A stretch of DNA of 64,000 nucleotides from Balanoglossus misakiensis (Eukaryota > Animalia > Hemichordata): NCBI GenBank assembly GCA_040954595.2, contig CM082597.2:912886-976885 (forward strand), given 5' to 3'. The translations under genes and the position numbers were made by a program. The notes below the pieces were generated by a model. That model worked only from the letters and a program-made list of their open reading frames with translations. It ran no database searches and was not told the origin of the DNA. Positions within the stretch are counted from its first letter, which is position 1, and each line of letters starts with the position of its first letter. Shown piece by piece: positions 24,158 through 38,178 of this stretch.

Positions 24158-27100
24158 CTGAAGAGAGACAAAACAAAGCTTGGTTCAAATGACGATGTGA
24201 ATAGTTAAAGGTGATCAGTGGAGAGACAACAGAGCTTCTTATAGACGATAAACGTATGGTCTCTTCAAAGCTTTTGTTCGACTATGAATGGAACAAATAT
24301 GGCGTTTTGGATCTTATTGTGGAGAGAGTTCACAGAGGTCACTTCCCCCACCCAGTAGTCATATCACTGACACCTTACTTTTGAATAAACGTAAACAATA
24401 AACAAACAAACAAATACTAGAGAGTGTTTTGGTCAGAAATACCCAGTACATATACCACACCGTGTGTGTATTAGTGTGAGGTAAGGACTTGAACAACAAA
24501 TTTCACTTTAAGAAATGGATTATGGGAATGCAGTTTATTTGGCAAACCTGTGTATGACCCCACTAATCGCGGTCCCTAATGGTTTTTTAACGACACAGAG
24601 TCCACTAACTATCATGAATAGATAATTTTATTATCTGTCATTGACGAGATATTCTGGCATACACAGACTTACATAGTTTTATTTGGGGGTGTATACGTCA
24701 CACTCTTATTCTACACACAGTGTGAATCTGAGACGTTTTCAACTTTCTTCAAGATCCGTTTTTTTCTCCCTAAACTAGCCGCCTTCATCAAGATTTTGCA
24801 TAACATACTGGGTAAAATACCATTTGCATGCAAGTATTAGCGCCTAAATACCTTATTCTGTCGCCAACTCACGGAAATGTTAATGCGATTGTGCCAAAAT
24901 CTGCCTAACATATGTAAACTGTATATACTGCGGGTGCCTCTAACAGTAACTGCGGGGATTATTCTTAGTTCAGATCTCCATATGGAGTCGCGATCACGTT
25001 GCATTATCATATTTCGGGGTCTGTGCTGCCATCTTGGAGCAAAATACACCATACGGGTGAATAATCTTGTTCGACAAACCATAGACAGTCAAAATGGAAG
25101 ACGGAGGCCTTCTCAGAGATTTCAAACGAAAACAAAAACTAGACAAAAAAACAGTGATTTTACCTTTCTTGCTATGCTTCAACTGATCACTGCATGGTTC
25201 ACAAATAGTACACAACAGTGGTATAGAATCTTATCATTAAACTCATTAAACTGCTGACTTTTGAAATACAATCCAAAATCCGTTTATACACAATTTCGTT
25301 TCCTTTACCAAAAGAACTCACAGTCAATTTGCTCTGGCCAGAATCTGGTGGAGAAATAATGTTCCTTCTATCTTCCCGCGAGACTGTCTTCGGTCTGAAT
25401 ATTCCGTGTCAGAAAGTTCAGCGCTGCTAAAATATTTCCGAAGGCAGACGACACCCCGGTGATATGAAGCTATGGTTTGACATTTCAATGGCGCAGTTCA
25501 CAGCAGGATTTGTTAATATTAAATTCCAGACTCGATATGTAAAATGGGTCGATTTGTCATTAACGCGATGGCCTGACCCGGAAATCAAAACCTATCACTG
25601 TGCTCACACCGTGTTTTTTTTTTAAAGTCATGAAATGTGGAGATTTGACTTACGAACAGCTTTGGACATTTTGGTGACGTCAGACTTTGGTCAAAGCTCT
25701 ACAGATTAACAATTTAGAGAGAAAATCGAAGCCGGATGCACAGCATCGCTCTACGACTGCGTGAAGCGTGTGTGCTCAACAACAGACAGGTACCCGGATG
25801 AACCGTCTCTGTAACTACCATGATATGTGAAATTCGCACAATCTATTTACTTTTAAGAATTTTGAATCACCTGTTCCACAATTTTAGAACAGAGTGGAAT
25901 TATAGCTGCGTTTGGTTATATTATTATTGGGTTATATCCGGTGGCTATAGAAATGGTCATTTGTGGTGTAGAAGGGGTGCACTTAATATCGGAAATTGAA
26001 AAAAAAACAATCTAACTGCAAGCACCATGATCAACAGTGGCAATAACCAAAAGCATTAATACTTTGATGATTCACGAATAAATCGTTGGATTTTTGTAAG
26101 TGATACAAAACACTATTGAGTGGAGATAAGTAATAAAGACCGTCCACACACAGCTTGGGTGTATCAACGTAGTCGCCCCAGATTTCTGGACACGTAGACA
26201 GAGGCAGAGTTTACCTCTCTGAATACGTGTGCATGTACTTGTGGGTTTTTTGTGACGTCATGACGGAAGCAGGTGTATGCTATGGAAATGGCGCTTGGTG
26301 ACGCCTCGAACAGCGAGCGACCACACCTGTCTTTTAGCTGTGGTCAGTGAAGTATGGCCGCACGACCAGAGGCCCTCAGTAATAACAGAGTTTGACAGAC
26401 ATGATTGTACCCCGCTAAATACTAAGACAATCTGAATATTTCGTCATTTCTTTTGTGTGCATTGTATTTACACATGACAGGTACGGTAACGACTACTTTG
26501 TCTACTTTGTTACGTAATCACTGCAAACTGAAAGGCAACAATGACACAGAAGGCAGATTCGCCATCGCCCTTGTCAAACATGAATATAACTCTTGTAGTC
26601 AGTGAACGTTTGACGACACAAATACCACGATATTATGCTATGATTGGCAGGCACGTGGTTCAGCTTAGCTGTGAATTGAAGCCCTAAGGCTGTACCGCAT
26701 TGAGATTATTTTCACTACACGAGACATATGCGGTGTTTTGAAACAATATTCTGATCGGGGATTGTTTCTTTTAATACAAAGAATTCAACCTAGTGGCCGG
26801 AGAACTACAGTCGACGCGACACGAAACCCATAACAAATTTAGCCGAAAGCCAGCCCGCCGTCCAATCTCAACCTTACGTGTATATGCAGATGACGGTAAA
26901 CCCTTGTTCTAAATTGAGTAGGCGAGAACAGACAACAAAGGTTTAGCCATAGCCTAGTCTACCGGCCAACGAGTGTCTAAGACATGATACATGTAAATAC
27001 ACATGATATATGGCGGTTCAAATAATTATATACTTTGAAAAAGGCCTTACCTGGGCTTTTATTGATCCGTAAGCAACATCAGTCTTCCACCCAGCTCTGA

Positions 27101-28087
27101 TAAGACGTGATAATTGCTGCACGCGCACGTAACGTGGCCGGACCTTCAGGTGAAAAGGTATAAGCAGGTATTACGTAATGTTGCGCATACGGATGTGCGC
27201 GGTGGCAAGCAATCTTGGATGTAATAATATATGTACTGCTATGCATCGTTGAATCGAAACAGAATGGAACACGAAATTTGGTGGAAAGAAGATAAGCAGC
27301 ATAGACACGCATACAACGTACACGTAATAAACATGTGGGTAATAAAATAAATAAATAAATAAATCGTTTCACAATGTACATAGTCAAAAGGAGGTTAAAT
27401 TATGATAATATAATAATTTGCATTGTGGCAAACAATCATGATGTAGTGTTTTATTATGTCAAAATAATAGTTTGTGATATGTTTACAATGTTACTTCCAG
27501 GGTTCCCTTTGATGTCACAGACACTGGTAAAATGATGCGATTCAAAAATATCTCCCAATGAAAATTGAAACCTCGACGCGTTCGCATAATCCCTCAGACA
27601 ACTGTTGCCACCAAATGCAGTAATATACACGTACGTTTGATATATTATAGCCCACGATCTGCAACTGGCTACCTCGTGTTAATCCCTTGCTATATATTTC
27701 ACTGGTTTGACAAGGAGGTATTGACATAAAAAAGTGGTGTGATGTAGTGGTACAGAAACAAGAAGCAAATGAATGTGTATCCCGTACAAGACCACAACAC
27801 TTCGACGTCATTATAAAGGCGACCCGGTAAGATAACCTAACCCATATGATTCAGTATATGTCAACAATTGTAAACGTGTTAACAGTAGTGTGTCTGTACC
27901 ATGAATAAGCTTATGTTTGGAAAATATGACCTTTGGGTTAGTATATGACTTCATTGCACGCTGATAAAACGAAAGTCACTGTTTATGTACAGTTTGCCTG
28001 TCTGGTTTCTATTGGGCCATATCACAGCATTGTATGAAAATTGCACATTATAAGCATCAGCGCGCTGTGATTTTACATTTTATTCAG

Positions 28088-28203
28088 AAAAATATGACCA
28101 TGCTTATACAAAATACATGTATTCACCAGGATAGAGAATGAGGCCATCTGTGTCAGTCGTCACATGGCGCTAATAGCCAGTACACGTATTGTTCCAAACA
28201 TCA
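28088..28203 (+). other. Candidate 5' UTR exon of the B4GALNT-like gene
   Basis: Acceptor ttttattcag and donor gtgagt. The next acceptor (atatttttgtag) ends at 28282, upstream of ATG 28373. Confidence 0.4.
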
Positions 28204-28372
28204 GTGAGTTAAGTTTGGTAGTGCCCCGATGACTGTTTACTTTACCAACTTTCACTCCTGTTTGTCGGCCATATTTTTGTAGATCTGTCTATTAAAGGCG
28301 GAAGAGATCGAAACCCTTGTCTGCATTGTGTGGGGTTGACGCCGGGCAACGTTGGTGCGATTTTGGACAACC

Positions 28373-30064
28373 ATGCGGATTAAAGTTTTCTGGCTGCTGA
28401 CGGGTGTGAGTCTGTGTGTCGTGATAACTCTTCTCGTGGAATTCTTCATGCTGACGACACAAGGGATAGCTTTCTCGAAGGAGGTACGACTGCTTTGGGA
28501 AAGTGATGTTTTCAAACAGAGGGAGCTATTAGATAACGAGATTTCGACAAACGACTTGGAAGAAGATTCTGATATCGCCGACATCGTTGATGACAGCGCC
28601 CTCAGAGATAGTCTTTTGGAAATGCTGATGTCAGGTTTCGCCACCAACGTTCAAGATGGTGAAAACTTTCGTCACGCAATGACGTATGCTGATGGTGAAG
28701 AATGCGAGTGTGAGGGCGAGTTTGTCTACGGACCGTTGAGTGACAAGGATAAACAGCGCCGAGATGACAAGATGGAAATTTGGGAAGATTTGCAGTATCC
28801 TGCCAAGGAACCAATTGTCATGTGCAACGCAATGTCTCCGATCACGTACGTTGGGGGTGGTATAACAGTTGAGCCACTGCACCGTGTCAGATTAGTGGGA
28901 ATCTCCATAGACGAATTATTCTGGCGTTTATTTCTGCAAAATGGCGGTTTTGACATAACTTTCACATCATTAAAATCATATGGTGTAATGACCGTACACA
29001 AGCCAAAAAACATGAGTGAATATGCCAAAGTTCAAGGGAATGGCAGCCCGAAATTAACGATTTCAGTAAGTGGGGCTGTCGAACTAAACGACCTGAACCT
29101 TTTGCTAAAACAAATCCAATATCAGAGTACATTATATGACATTGAACTTCGGGAAATCGTCTCTATTCGTCTGCAAGGTTTTGAGGTCAAAGTCCACGTC
29201 CATATCTATCGCCAACCGTTTCCACGTCTGTATAACACTTCCCCCGAAGACAAAGACATCAGCCGAAAAGTAACCATTGTCACAAAAACATTCGAACGTT
29301 ATGATGTTGTCCGGAAGTTGATAGAAAGTATCAGAGAATTTTACCCGAAAATCAACATCCTCATCGCTGATGATTCGAAGGAACCCGAAAAACTGGAGGG
29401 AAAGCGAATAAAACATTACATCATGCCGTTCGCCAGAGGCTGGTTTGCTGGTAGAAATCTTCTTGTCAGTCAGGTGAGGACCAAATATTTCGTCTGGGTT
29501 GATGACGACTTCATTTTCACCAAGAACACCAAATTGGAAAGATTTCTGGAAAAGTTCGAGGCTCCTAATTCCAATCTAGACTTGATCGCCGGACGGTACG
29601 AAGACAAGCAAGGGAAACTGATCGACAGGAATTTTGATCACGTTATCGACAGACAACGAGGTAAAGATGGCTACTGCATGACTCGCCGGAAAGGGAATTA
29701 TGGCCCCGTTGAGGGCTTCCCACAATGCAATCGCTCGGATGAGGTGACGAATTTCTTCATGGCAAAGACCCTGTCTGTTCGTGATATTGGATTTGATCCT
29801 TCGACGGTTTTGAGCAGGGTTGCTCACTACGAGTTTTTCTGGGATGGTCTTGGTAGGCTGCGTGTAGCCAGCTGTAATGACGTCACAGTCCAACATTTTT
29901 TCACTCACGACAACAGCGATATATATGAACAGTACAGGCGTGGAGAAAACGACGATATTCACTATTACGAAAGACTGCTATATTCAATATATAAAAATAA
30001 TATGAAATGTCTCACGGGAATGGACAGAAATATACAAGATTTAGCCAAATTCCAAGCGAATTAG
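28373..30064 (+). CDS. B4GALNT1: Beta-1,4-N-acetylgalactosaminyltransferase (GT12, B4GALNT1/2-like), 563 aa, intronless CDS
   Basis: N-terminal TM anchor. Motifs VTIVTKTFERY, IADDS, HYIMPFARGWFAGRNLLVSQVRTKYFVWVDDDF, NFFMA and LSRVAHYEFFWDGLGRLRVASC closely match vertebrate B4GALNT1/2. First ATG is 28373 (the track ORF starts at a TTG). Cannot separate B4GALNT1 from B4GALNT2. Confidence 0.92.
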   Translation: MRIKVFWLLTGVSLCVVITLLVEFFMLTTQGIAFSKEVRLLWESDVFKQRELLDNEISTNDLEEDSDIADIVDDSALRDSLLEMLMSGFATNVQDGENFRHAMTYADGEECECEGEFVYGPLSDKDKQRRDDKMEIWEDLQYPAKEPIVMCNAMSPITYVGGGITVEPLHRVRLVGISIDELFWRLFLQNGGFDITFTSLKSYGVMTVHKPKNMSEYAKVQGNGSPKLTISVSGAVELNDLNLLLKQIQYQSTLYDIELREIVSIRLQGFEVKVHVHIYRQPFPRLYNTSPEDKDISRKVTIVTKTFERYDVVRKLIESIREFYPKINILIADDSKEPEKLEGKRIKHYIMPFARGWFAGRNLLVSQVRTKYFVWVDDDFIFTKNTKLERFLEKFEAPNSNLDLIAGRYEDKQGKLIDRNFDHVIDRQRGKDGYCMTRRKGNYGPVEGFPQCNRSDEVTNFFMAKTLSVRDIGFDPSTVLSRVAHYEFFWDGLGRLRVASCNDVTVQHFFTHDNSDIYEQYRRGENDDIHYYERLLYSIYKNNMKCLTGMDRNIQDLAKFQAN

Positions 30065-33000
30065 CCACTATGTCATTCTGAATTCACTGTAAACAAACTG
30101 ATTAAATTATTATCCGATACTGAACTGTTGATGTCTCTAATATGTGCTACTCAATGGCGAGTCGACGCATCACTTCCACTTTAGACTATATTAGAGCGCC
30201 GCTAGCGTTGGCCTAAGGCTATTAGCAACGTTACAACTGGAGAAGTTGACAAAAGCCAATTGAACAGAGGGAGGACTAAATGCTTGGCATTGATTTGGTT
30301 AAATACCAAACAATTGATAATGGCGGACAATGTCTATGACGCTCAGCCGTTGTTGATCGAGACCGTGGAAAAATGGAATAAAATGGCATTCGATATGTCG
30401 GGCTATTCGTTTCAAGTATCACCCCATTAAAGGAATGAGTAGTTCTCCAGGGCCGCACTTAATTCGCATTACCTTCAGTTCAGTGGCGTTTTGAGTGGGT
30501 GACATTCCGAACTCTGTGTCTGCGCGGACACCCTGGGCAACATTCGCGCCGGTTTCTCTTACAGAACAAACAGCATTAGTCCAACAATTGCAAACCATCT
30601 GTCCCAAAGTGTCTTCTGAAATTCTCCTCATTTTTGTTCCGTCGTGTTTTTAGACCTCAAAAGGGTAGTAGCTATTGGCCTATCTTTGTCTTATATTTGT
30701 ATCTGTCAGTGGCAAAACTACAAGTAATTCCAAACAAGTTATCGTTTGCTCCTGAATATAATATTAATTCCCATGATTCACGCGTGTATCTGTCACAAAT
30801 CCTACACTTTTTGTCGTCTGCATATCCTGCACTTTTTGTCGTCTGCATGCCGCATACCTGCCCAGTATGATGATTATTACAGTCGACGCGGCATATTATT
30901 TACAAGAACAACTTGGCGAACGCGTTTCTGTCGGCGATCTTTGTATGTTGTGTAAATATGAACCGCCTGGGGGACACCGTCCAAATCCGCTCTCGTTTGT
31001 CGTAAATCAAAAAGTCGCAGATGGTGTTAGGATTATTGACCTAGGGAGTCTTAGTAGCCACACTTTTGTGTGCGTGCGGTATTTGTGGCTTGTCCTGAAA
31101 GACTTTTTCTTTTTTAAGCAGCGTGTATCCACACTCTGTGAAGGCTTGTGTCAACTATTTTTTACCATCAACCATGCGTGTGTGATTATCCTAACAACCA
31201 GATACTGTGTCTTGGATGTGGCGGCGTATTATGTCGCGTGAGAGTTGCGGCCATTACGTAGTGGAAGATAAAAACGGACGCCAAGACTCGGAAAAGAACG
31301 CGTGAAAGAACGACCTGTAACTTAGACGCACACTACCGTTGTTTTCAGGTGAGCGGCTAACAATTTATATCCGCTACATTGCATTTGAGATGATCCCGTC
31401 TTGCCCTAATGGTGACTTAATACCGGGGTTTAAGAGTGTACATTACGAATTGACCACTGCTTGTGTTACAGCGAAACGATCAAATTACATATTTTCGCCA
31501 TAATGAAAATCAAATCTGGTGACTGGTGAAGATTCTGATTTCACCGAAATGGAATCCAGTCATTCAATTGTTAACTAGCTCAAAAGGGATGCCTTGTACT
31601 GGGGATATTATTAGACCTCGAAAAGGTTTCGCAAGTGGTCGGAATTTCCAAGAGATCCGCTTTTATGCCGAGAGCCATGTAACTGAAGTAGTCTGAGTCG
31701 AGTTGAGTAACGTCGTCTCGTACGAGAGACTGTCACGTTCCGATGTCAGAGGGACAACAAAGGCTAGGCGCATCCCTGTGGTTCAACACCGCTCTATAAG
31801 ATCCGCGGGGAGCTCTTATTTCACACAAAAAAGAGACCGCCTGTGACCTTGGTGTTCTTAAACGGCATTTGAACCATCCATAGAAATTCTGTGTTGATAT
31901 AACTCTTTCAGGATTCTAACGCTGAAATCCGTTGGGGTAGGACAAAAAGAGGGGATTAGCTCTTTTTAAAGGTCCGTCGCTTGTTTGCGACGCTCTGCTT
32001 ATTCATTGGCAATTATGGTCTTGGAGATTACTTGGGTCATGGCGAGTGGTTTTTGAGGACTTAACTGCGTAACACGGGAAGCCACGACGGGCGTTCTGTT
32101 GTAACGCTCAGCAAAAGCGAATGAAATTGGCCATTTTAAAATCCAATCTTTGTGAGGGAATGTAGCAAATAACAGCCCGTGGGAGGATTAACTCTGTTCC
32201 TTGTCCGAGAGCTTTAACCTTCTCCACTTTTTGACTCCAATATCCGTAACCAATGGCGCGGAATGATTGACTATTCAATTTCGCAAATTCAACTTGAAGA
32301 CAAAACCTCGAGTGATTTCTTGTAACATTTTACTAATTGACTGTTAAGGGCATGGCTGATATTTTTTGTAAACAAGTGCAAAGACGTCTTCAGAGGGGGT
32401 AATTTATTACACAAATATCCTTGGATCATTCATTGACGCTTTGAAGTTGTGTAAGATCCTTTGGATCAGAAATGCGACGACCACAGGTGCTAATCCAAAC
32501 GACAAGACGTATACGCGAATATGTGGGGATTCCAAGCGACAGGAGACACTCTGTCGCTCGGTCATTCTGTTTTCAACGAAGCACAAATTGTAGGCAAATA
32601 AAACGACGGCAAGGTACCATTTCGCGCCAGTCTCGCCGCCGTAGTATATACACAACAACAAAGATCGCCTCTGTGTTTCGGCGGGAAGGGGGTCTGTCCT
32701 CTGACCAAGACTTCTGAATGAAGCATCTTGAAATCAACACTCTAGTCGCAAAGAAAGGTGAGGCGCATGGTTCCCCTGACCCTACTCTCATTGTAGGTGT
32801 AATTATTTCACGAATGCCAACTTCAGCAGAGAAAAGAACCCCCTACACGACGATCAAAGTGAGACAATCGGCGCTGCTGTCCAAATGCCAAACTGCTGGC
32901 CTGACGATTTACTGTTTCCAAAGTACCCCCACTACGGTCACGTGAGGGTAGAAGAGCTCTGCAAACTGTTATTTTGTGCAGAGAAGAATAACACGCGGCG

Positions 33001-34030
33001 CTGAAGTGTGAGAAAGCATACATTCCATAGCGGAATGTGTGAAGGTGTCAATGCGATGGTCCAGTCAACAGGATATAGAACCATAGACTGTCTATGATAG
33101 AACTTCATCTCTGTGACAACGTACACTCAACACCTGGTATCACTGTTGGCCAAAAGACCAAACGTTCCAACTGCATACCAGTTGTTTCGTCTGTCTGCGT
33201 CTTCACCTTGAACAAAACAGTGGTTGTCTTCTTGACGGAGTAAAGTCGCGGCTCTTAAGTCGGCATTGTTTTTGGACTTGTGTTTGCGTACTGTTGTTCG
33301 AAGTGCTTGTATTTCATGATAGAAGTGCGTGTTGGAAACGCAGACCGATCACGAACGAAACGCAAGTATAAATCGAGGAAGCGTTTGTTGTTTGTACAGG
33401 CGACTCCTTGCATTCAGCATGACCATGCGTACAGCTGTGCATCTGGCAAGTCCCATAGACCTCTACTACCTGTTTGTCTGTCTGGTCGTCCCTTCCTCAT
33501 TTCTGGACCCGCTTACGTCTTCTACCGATACATGGTGAACTTTGGCCAAAAATGTAGGTTGCTTAATCAAGGTAAACTGCACTTTTTAAAATCAAACTCC
33601 TGATAAATTTGCCCCGGCCATCAAACTCTTACAGAAAGTGTAGCAACTCAAATCCATCGACGACAATCATATATCCTTATAGATTGAATCGCTTTATTGT
33701 ACCGCATTTGGTTCCGTGACCTGTATCCAATCCGTGTTCTTGTTGAACAACGTTGTTGGGATTCAATTACTCAATAAATCAACCGCCCAAACACTCTAAG
33801 ACGGTGTCGACACACACTGCGTACAATTCAGGACACGCTCGAACATTGCGTCGGGCAAGTGTTGAAAGACTAATACCTTGGCGGTTACAAAAACAAGATT
33901 TTACTCGTTGACAAAGACAGATCTGAAACCGATGACACAAACATGCCATCACCACACTGACAGAATGAAGCGACTTGCAAACGCACAGTTGTACAATGCA
34001 TAAATATTTTCACAATTTGGTTGTCTTTCC

Positions 34031-34209
34031 AACAAACAAACAAACAAACAAACAAACAAACTTGAACTAACTAACCAACCAACAAATCTATTAAGTGACT
34101 GACTGACTGACTGACTCATCCAATAACCAACCAACCAACCAACCAACCAACCAACCAAAGGATGAATGAATGAATGAATGAATGAATTGATTAATTAATT
34201 AATTAATTG
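34031..34209. repeat. Compound tetranucleotide microsatellite (AAAC)n-(ACTG)n-(AACC)n-(GAAT)n-(TAAT)n
   Basis: Directly visible tandem tetramers. Confidence 0.95.
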
Positions 34210-37200
34210 ATGACGTATACACAGCCAGACAGTTATCAACCTGATTGAGTTTACTGTGTTGATTCTCTCAGTGTTCGAACTAACGCTGTGAGAACTTTTC
34301 AAACGTTCAGTCAAACTTTGTTCCAATCGATTGGTTCTGCTGTAACTGTCAGTTAGCTGCGTCACTCAAGCTAACTGCAATACAAAACACGCACGGGTCA
34401 TGCAATGTATATGACCCTGCGTCTATTCTCCTTTTACCAACAAGGGACTATGTTATACCACGGTTAATCCGTGATTTTCTCAACCGTTGCTGTATAGTCG
34501 CGTCCACCGCTATAATGGATTCTGCGGTGCTGATGACACGCGCCTGATCCTCACTGTTCTCCCAACAACGTTCAACAGAAATCCTGCATTGGAAGTCTGG
34601 TTGGGAAACATAAACCGAGCAAGTTCACTTTTTAAAAAAAGTACAACAGTTTCAATACGACTTCGATGTTGTTTACCCCGGGTTAGGCCACTCCAGAAAG
34701 TGTCGACTAGGGACCATAATAGACTCAGCATAAAGCGTGCCCTATCTAACCACAACTCGGCTCAAATCATTATTATTGCTCATTATGAGGCGGCACAATG
34801 GCCACAGCACATCCATACCGCCCCTGGTGACCTCTACACTCAATTAAACGATTGTCCTTCATGAAACACCCATCTCAGAACTCCCAGCGTATTCACAATT
34901 TCTATACCTGCAGACTCTGCATTGATGGAAAATACAAGACCAGTTTGGCAGATTCCCCTGGCGATGAGATTAAAATCAATCGATATCCGGCGGCAGTCTT
35001 GTTGCCTGTGAAATGTCATTTCCGGCACATCACCCCCTCACAATACATTGTGTCATTGCACATCGCTGGTTTGCGTATCTACAGCCCCAAATATTCGACA
35101 GAAACGTTGCCACCGGCTCTGAAATGTTCATGGGAATCACGACTGCGAAAACATCAATTCAGGCATGAGTGATATACATTTATGCTGAGAATCGGTGCAC
35201 ACAATCAAAGAGAGTGTGGCGACAATTTGCGTAAGAGACAGTGTGACAAAATAAGGACTCGAACATCATGCATCGATCAAGATGCTCATACACAGCCATG
35301 CCGGGGAAAAAACAAATTATGGAATCATGAAAACAAAACACAGCGAATAATTTTAAACCTAAGAAGCTACCGATACAGCACAACGCACGCGATATATTTG
35401 AAATAGAGGAAACGGTACACACTCGTCACCTTTAGATAAATTGGCCGACAAAACCTGGAACTAGTTATGGAGAAACTGACACCGGAATCTCCACTACAGG
35501 AACATTGTTTACTTGACCAATGACCACACTTCGGTTGGGACTCACTACTGGTGGTTTTAGTCGTTAATCAACCACACAATGTCCGGTCAGATGATCACTC
35601 TGCCGTTACACACCTCCCTACAAATCATGGTCCATCTTTGACCCATTGCGACCTTGTCATTCGGCGCAATCTCGCCTGTCGCTTCCCTGCAGTCCAGGAG
35701 TTCGGCACTCGCAGGTGTAATTAACTTCTTTTTTCATGCAGTGTGACATTATGAAGCCGGTGTGTGTTTTACGACCACAGCTAGTTGAGGTCATCCGAGG
35801 TCAAATGACTTATGGTTCGTCACAATACTGAAGCTATGGTTGATGGTTGTCGTGGCCAATCCGTCACGTTACCACATAATAATACAATTTGTTTTTCAGA
35901 AATACCAAAAGGTCCCCCGAGTCTGCTGTTTATTATGAATTGGTCTTCATAAATTACTTTCTGCCTGGGATAATGTTAGTTTTTGTGTGTTCGCACGTTT
36001 CGTTTTGTTGCCTGTTCAATTTAACGCGACAGGTGAAATCGACTCTTTCAGTGACCATACCAAATGAGGCACAGGGGAGACAGAAGAAAAGACGAATACG
36101 CGGACGAAATTCTCTGGGCTAACAGTAAGCTTAGCGTTGATGTAAATCGAATTCAGTCACTGAAGAAATCAACATGGTTTCCCTGGTTTCGACATGGGGC
36201 ATCGCCTTTTACGCAACTTTGGGGTCAAGCAGCGATCTTGGAAGCGGCACAGTGTTAAACACACAAAAGGAGTCAAAAAGTGACGCAATTATAACCTCAT
36301 ACAAAGTATACAATAGGGTGCTAATTGCACCGATTAGCATACTTGTCACCTCAGTGTACTGTGGTGATTGGATTGTCAAATTCAATCTTCTACAGTAACT
36401 GTAACTTTATGATTTTCGACAATCTGACTAATGGAAACATTGTTCTGGTTTCTTGAGAGAGATACAGTTACCCGCCGCGTACAAGTGTGTGGTAAAATGA
36501 CAGTACCATACGTAGGTGTTGGTCTGTCATTTCATGCCGTTGAGGGCGTGAGAAATTTGTGGTAAAACAAGGGTTGTCAGTTTCAGTGAAGTCCTTTTTG
36601 GCCGGCTATGATACCAATGCGGTATCTGCCCTATACAGACCAATTTGAGAAGGCCACGGACGACGGCGATAACTATGGTTGGCCGACAAAGCGACTCAGT
36701 CAAAAGACATTTTTTCACGGGCTAGTGAAGACATTTCCTCACATCAAACGCTGAGTAACTCGTTTGATTGACAGGCAACCTGATAGTCACAGGTGACCAG
36801 CAAGCCAAGATTATCGCAACAGTGGATTTTCTCAAAAGCAGGATGCTTATATTTTAAAGCCAATAGCGTTTATATAAGGCTTATACGCCCACAACGTACT
36901 ATATACTTCGTGTCATTTGATATCTTCTCTGGAAATGGATTTACAATTACTTTACTTGTACGCGGCGTGCATTCTTCCGTTTCTCCATTTGTTATCAAAA
37001 CCGGATCAATTAGAATCAATTTCAACATTTTGGATACCTAATCTATCAAGCAAGTTGCTGAGCTTATAAATTCCTTTGCAAGTTCCTTTGTTTGACATGG
37101 TCTTGTTTGGAATATTTGTTGCGAAGTTGGCGGTGGGACGGGAAAAGAGGAAGCGTAAGGAGACTGTCCGGGTTTTATGCATCTAATGCTCACATGACTG

Positions 37201-38122
37201 TTACTACCGGTGAAATATTGCGCTGGTTAATCCGACCATAAAGTTTTTCATGAACAACATCGAAGTGTGTACCATTATTTCACTTGTTGGCGTCGTAGCG
37301 ACTGGCAGTTTTGGTAGTACTCAAACGTACCAGACAGGTAAAGTTGTCTTGGTGTACTGAAGCAGTACTCGAGGTCGCCAGGTTAAATCGTGATAGAATA
37401 AACATTACCAGTTCAGCCTGTAGTGGCTGTGTGATGCGAGGGTCCAATTTTAAACAGACACCTGTTTGAATATAACAAGCAGTTGCGTAATGACAATGCG
37501 ACAGCTGGACAACTTGAAGGAAAATTTGACTGCAGACTTTGCGAGTACAGATTTAGATTTCAAACGTATTTAGTATCGGCAAGAATATGTGCTAGGCTTG
37601 AAAGTAAAATCATGCTCTTAAATTTGTCTATTTGTTGTTTTAAGTCTGGCCAAAAAGAAATACATGACTAACCTAATCTAAATTGTCGTTCTCGTCTCTC
37701 ACGTGCGTGATAGGTTTATGGTTCGTTCGATTGGCCGTGAATTACAAATGTCATCCACATGATACGAAAACGGTTGATTTTCATTGCCTTGTTGATATTT
37801 GGTTTGTCAATAAGGGTTGCTCCGCGATCAGCTAGCGTCGTCACCATGTACCTTCAACACAGATTCATCAAGATAACAAAATTCACGAAAACACCCACCA
37901 CGCCTAGCGCCTGTTTTGGTTACCTCTTTTGGTTGAATGTGAGGTTGCTTAGTTCGCGAATCTACGTACTTTACTCAGTTGGTCGGCTAAACCTGTGGTC
38001 GGGTATTTCTGTCTTTTGAACCAACAGAGCCAGAACATCTTTCTCCCGCTGCCACGGTATGAAATTGTGTTACTTGTGAAAGTTTCAAAGGCAAAAATCC
38101 CCCTACACAATATCTGTCTTAG

Positions 38123-38178
38123 CCCCCCCCCCCTCTCTCTCTCCCTCTCTCTGTCTCTCTCTTCTCTGTGTCTTTCTC
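38123..38178. repeat. Poly-C / (CT)n simple repeat
   Basis: Directly visible. Confidence 0.85.

Noticed and set aside
27812-27817. TATAAA as core promoter of the B4GALNT-like gene
   Set aside because: Only about 10 nt from the adjacent donor-like GTAAGA, so the two are incompatible and neither can be confirmed from sequence.
34487-35422. Overlapping ORFs next to the compound microsatellite
   Set aside because: No recognisable protein or transposon features.
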